A stretch of 30,555 nt of DNA, taken from an uncultured Thermoanaerobacterales bacterium. GTDB lineage: Bacteria; Bacillota; Clostridia; Christensenellales; UBA1242. Below are positions 28,927 through 30,555 of this stretch, piece by piece; the first letter of the stretch is position 1; every line of letters starts with the position of its first letter. The notes beneath the pieces are model-generated. The model worked only from the letters and a program-made list of their open reading frames with translations. It did not search any database and had not been told where the DNA came from. A program made the translations under genes and the position numbers. The stretch spans positions 1 through 30,555 of the forward strand of contig USTP01000001.1 in assembly GCA_900557695.1 (NCBI GenBank). Direction: 5' to 3'.

Positions 28927-28933
28927 TTTTTTA

Positions 28934-29998
28934 ATGGAAAAGAAAATTGAAGATATTGTTAACGAAATATTTAATGAAGCACAAAACGGCGTTATTTATA
29001 TTGAAGATATTGTTGAGCCTTCAAAACCATGGAAGTTTTACATAAAGTTCTTTACTAAAATTGAAGGAAACTCAAATAATGCGGCGTTAGATTACCCTGT
29101 TATCGAAATCCCTTCTTGGGGACAATTTTTAAAACAACTTGAAAGTTATTTAAAATTAGCCGTTCCTTTCTATATCCTTGAAAAGGCATATTTTGGCTTA
29201 AGTGATGAATCATATGTTAAAAAGCTAATATGCGACCTTTTGTCTAGCGGCAGGGCTGTAGATTTTAATAACATATATAGCTACATTGAAACTAGAAAAC
29301 AACAACTTATAAACAAGGTAGACGAAGGGGAAATTTATCTTGGCAAATACCAAGATTATGAAATCACAAGTAAAATTGTAAAAAATGTATCAAATTTGGA
29401 GGGACCATACAGATTTTGCCCCAAATTTACAAGTCCTAACGATGAAAGCTTTGTTTTGCCAAGGGTAACTTTTGGAATTGCAAATGATGCGGTGTATGTT
29501 TATGCTTTGCAGGCAAAAAAAGAAAAACAAATAAACAGCGCAGCAAAAACTCTTGACAGGCATTTTAGAAAGGTTAATAAAGGTGTTAGTGAAGATAGTT
29601 TTTTGCACAATGTTTCTCCAAACGCGCTAATTTCTTTCACTTTGTTTAATAGCTATATAAGAAGCATAGGAAAAACGCACATTGTGTCGCCAATCTTTAT
29701 GCCAATTAGATTCAACGCTAGAAGCCTAGCTGATGACAACCGAAAAACAAAAATCTCAAGAGAAGAACTAACTGAAATTCAATATCGTGACCAATATAAC
29801 ATTACAAATAAACTAGCATATATGCTGTATAGATATGCCTTTCACTTCCCTTCTTCGAATGCCGTATATGATGATAACACCCAAACTGTTTATTTAAATC
29901 TTGGCGAAAATCAACCAAATAATGAAGATAATATTATCTACAAAATAAACAACACGGCATTAAAAGCTCTTTCTTCTTCAAATGAAGAGGTTAAATAA
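28934..29998 (+). CDS. Hypothetical protein (354 aa)
   Basis: Long ORF; start moved from TTG 28898 (the -35 box) to ATG 28934; no family recognised. Confidence 0.85.
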   Translation: MEKKIEDIVNEIFNEAQNGVIYIEDIVEPSKPWKFYIKFFTKIEGNSNNAALDYPVIEIPSWGQFLKQLESYLKLAVPFYILEKAYFGLSDESYVKKLICDLLSSGRAVDFNNIYSYIETRKQQLINKVDEGEIYLGKYQDYEITSKIVKNVSNLEGPYRFCPKFTSPNDESFVLPRVTFGIANDAVYVYALQAKKEKQINSAAKTLDRHFRKVNKGVSEDSFLHNVSPNALISFTLFNSYIRSIGKTHIVSPIFMPIRFNARSLADDNRKTKISREELTEIQYRDQYNITNKLAYMLYRYAFHFPSSNAVYDDNTQTVYLNLGENQPNNEDNIIYKINNTALKALSSSNEEVK

Positions 29999-30046
29999 CT
30001 AATCTGCAAAAATCTTGTATTTTTATTATACATTTAACATAATAAA

Positions 30047-30075
30047 TTGACATTGCGAATATTATATTGTATACT
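30047..30075 (+). promoter_or_regulatory. Sigma-A promoter
   Basis: TTGACA-17 bp-TATACT upstream of an AGGAGG SD. Confidence 0.8.
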
Positions 30076-30104
30076 TTACCTAACAAATTTTAAAGGAGGA
30101 AGAA

Positions 30105-30509
30105 ATGAAAACAGCAGCTAAAGTTTTTATCATCATTGGCATGATTATTGGCTTTTGGATGATACTTCCCATCATCTTTGGTGCTTTATCTTTGGGCAAG
30201 ATAAACACAGCAACCCAAAAATCTGAACTTGTAGGTCTTGGCATTTGCACATTGATATTTTGTAGCGTTCTTGGCGGAATCTTCATGCTTTGCATCCCTG
30301 AAGAGCAGCTAAACCAAGGTGGCGCCGTTGCCCCAGCACCAGCTCAAGCAACCGCCGCAGGCTCTAGCACAAATGCTAAACCAGAAGCTAAAAAGTCTAC
30401 AGGAGAAGTTGCAGACAGCTTGAAGAAACTTAAAGAGTTAAAAGACGCTGGAACTATAACCGATGAAGAGTATGATAAAATGAAGAAAGACCTTCTTAGC
30501 AAAATGTAA
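30105..30509 (+). CDS. Membrane protein with C-terminal SHOCT domain
   Basis: Two N-terminal hydrophobic segments, Ala/Pro linker, LKKLKELKDAGTITDEEYDKMKKDLL. Confidence 0.88.
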   Translation: MKTAAKVFIIIGMIIGFWMILPIIFGALSLGKINTATQKSELVGLGICTLIFCSVLGGIFMLCIPEEQLNQGGAVAPAPAQATAAGSSTNAKPEAKKSTGEVADSLKKLKELKDAGTITDEEYDKMKKDLLSKM

Positions 30510-30513
30510 AAAC

Positions 30514-30555
30514 CTGTCTCTTATACACATCTGACGCTGCCGACGATCTTACGCG
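30514..30555 (+). other. Sequencing artefact: Nextera adapter read-through with index
   Basis: CTGTCTCTTATACACATCT (Tn5 mosaic end) + GACGCTGCCGACGA + 8-nt index TCTTACGC + G. Confidence 0.98.

Noticed and set aside
30514..30532. Tn5/IS50 transposon end
   Set aside because: It is the synthetic mosaic end followed by Illumina adapter and index, so a library artefact.

Overview
AT-rich bacterial chromosomal contig, most consistent with a Clostridia-class Firmicute (inferred from protein style and leader RNAs). About 19 kb on the minus strand is core translation machinery: rpmG-secE-nusG-rplK-rplA, followed directly by the complete S10-spc-alpha cluster (rpsJ to rplQ). The usual intervening rplJL/rpoBC/str genes are absent. 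The right third holds tsaD, a +1-frameshifted prfB, a nucleoside hydrolase, a glycosyltransferase-acyltransferase fusion and several lineage-specific hypothetical genes. The most notable non-coding feature is a ~127-bp TA-flanked imperfect palindrome (MITE/ERIC-like). It overlaps the TAG stop of rplA, and a truncated second copy overlaps the TAG stop of rplQ. At rplA it is accompanied by a tandem array of ~64-bp copies of its own left arm. Other points: prfB lacks the internal Shine-Dalgarno frameshift stimulator, several ribosomal proteins carry long Lys/Ala-rich extensions, two r-protein promoters share a 15-bp motif, and several genes look leaderless. The last 42 bp are a Nextera adapter artefact.
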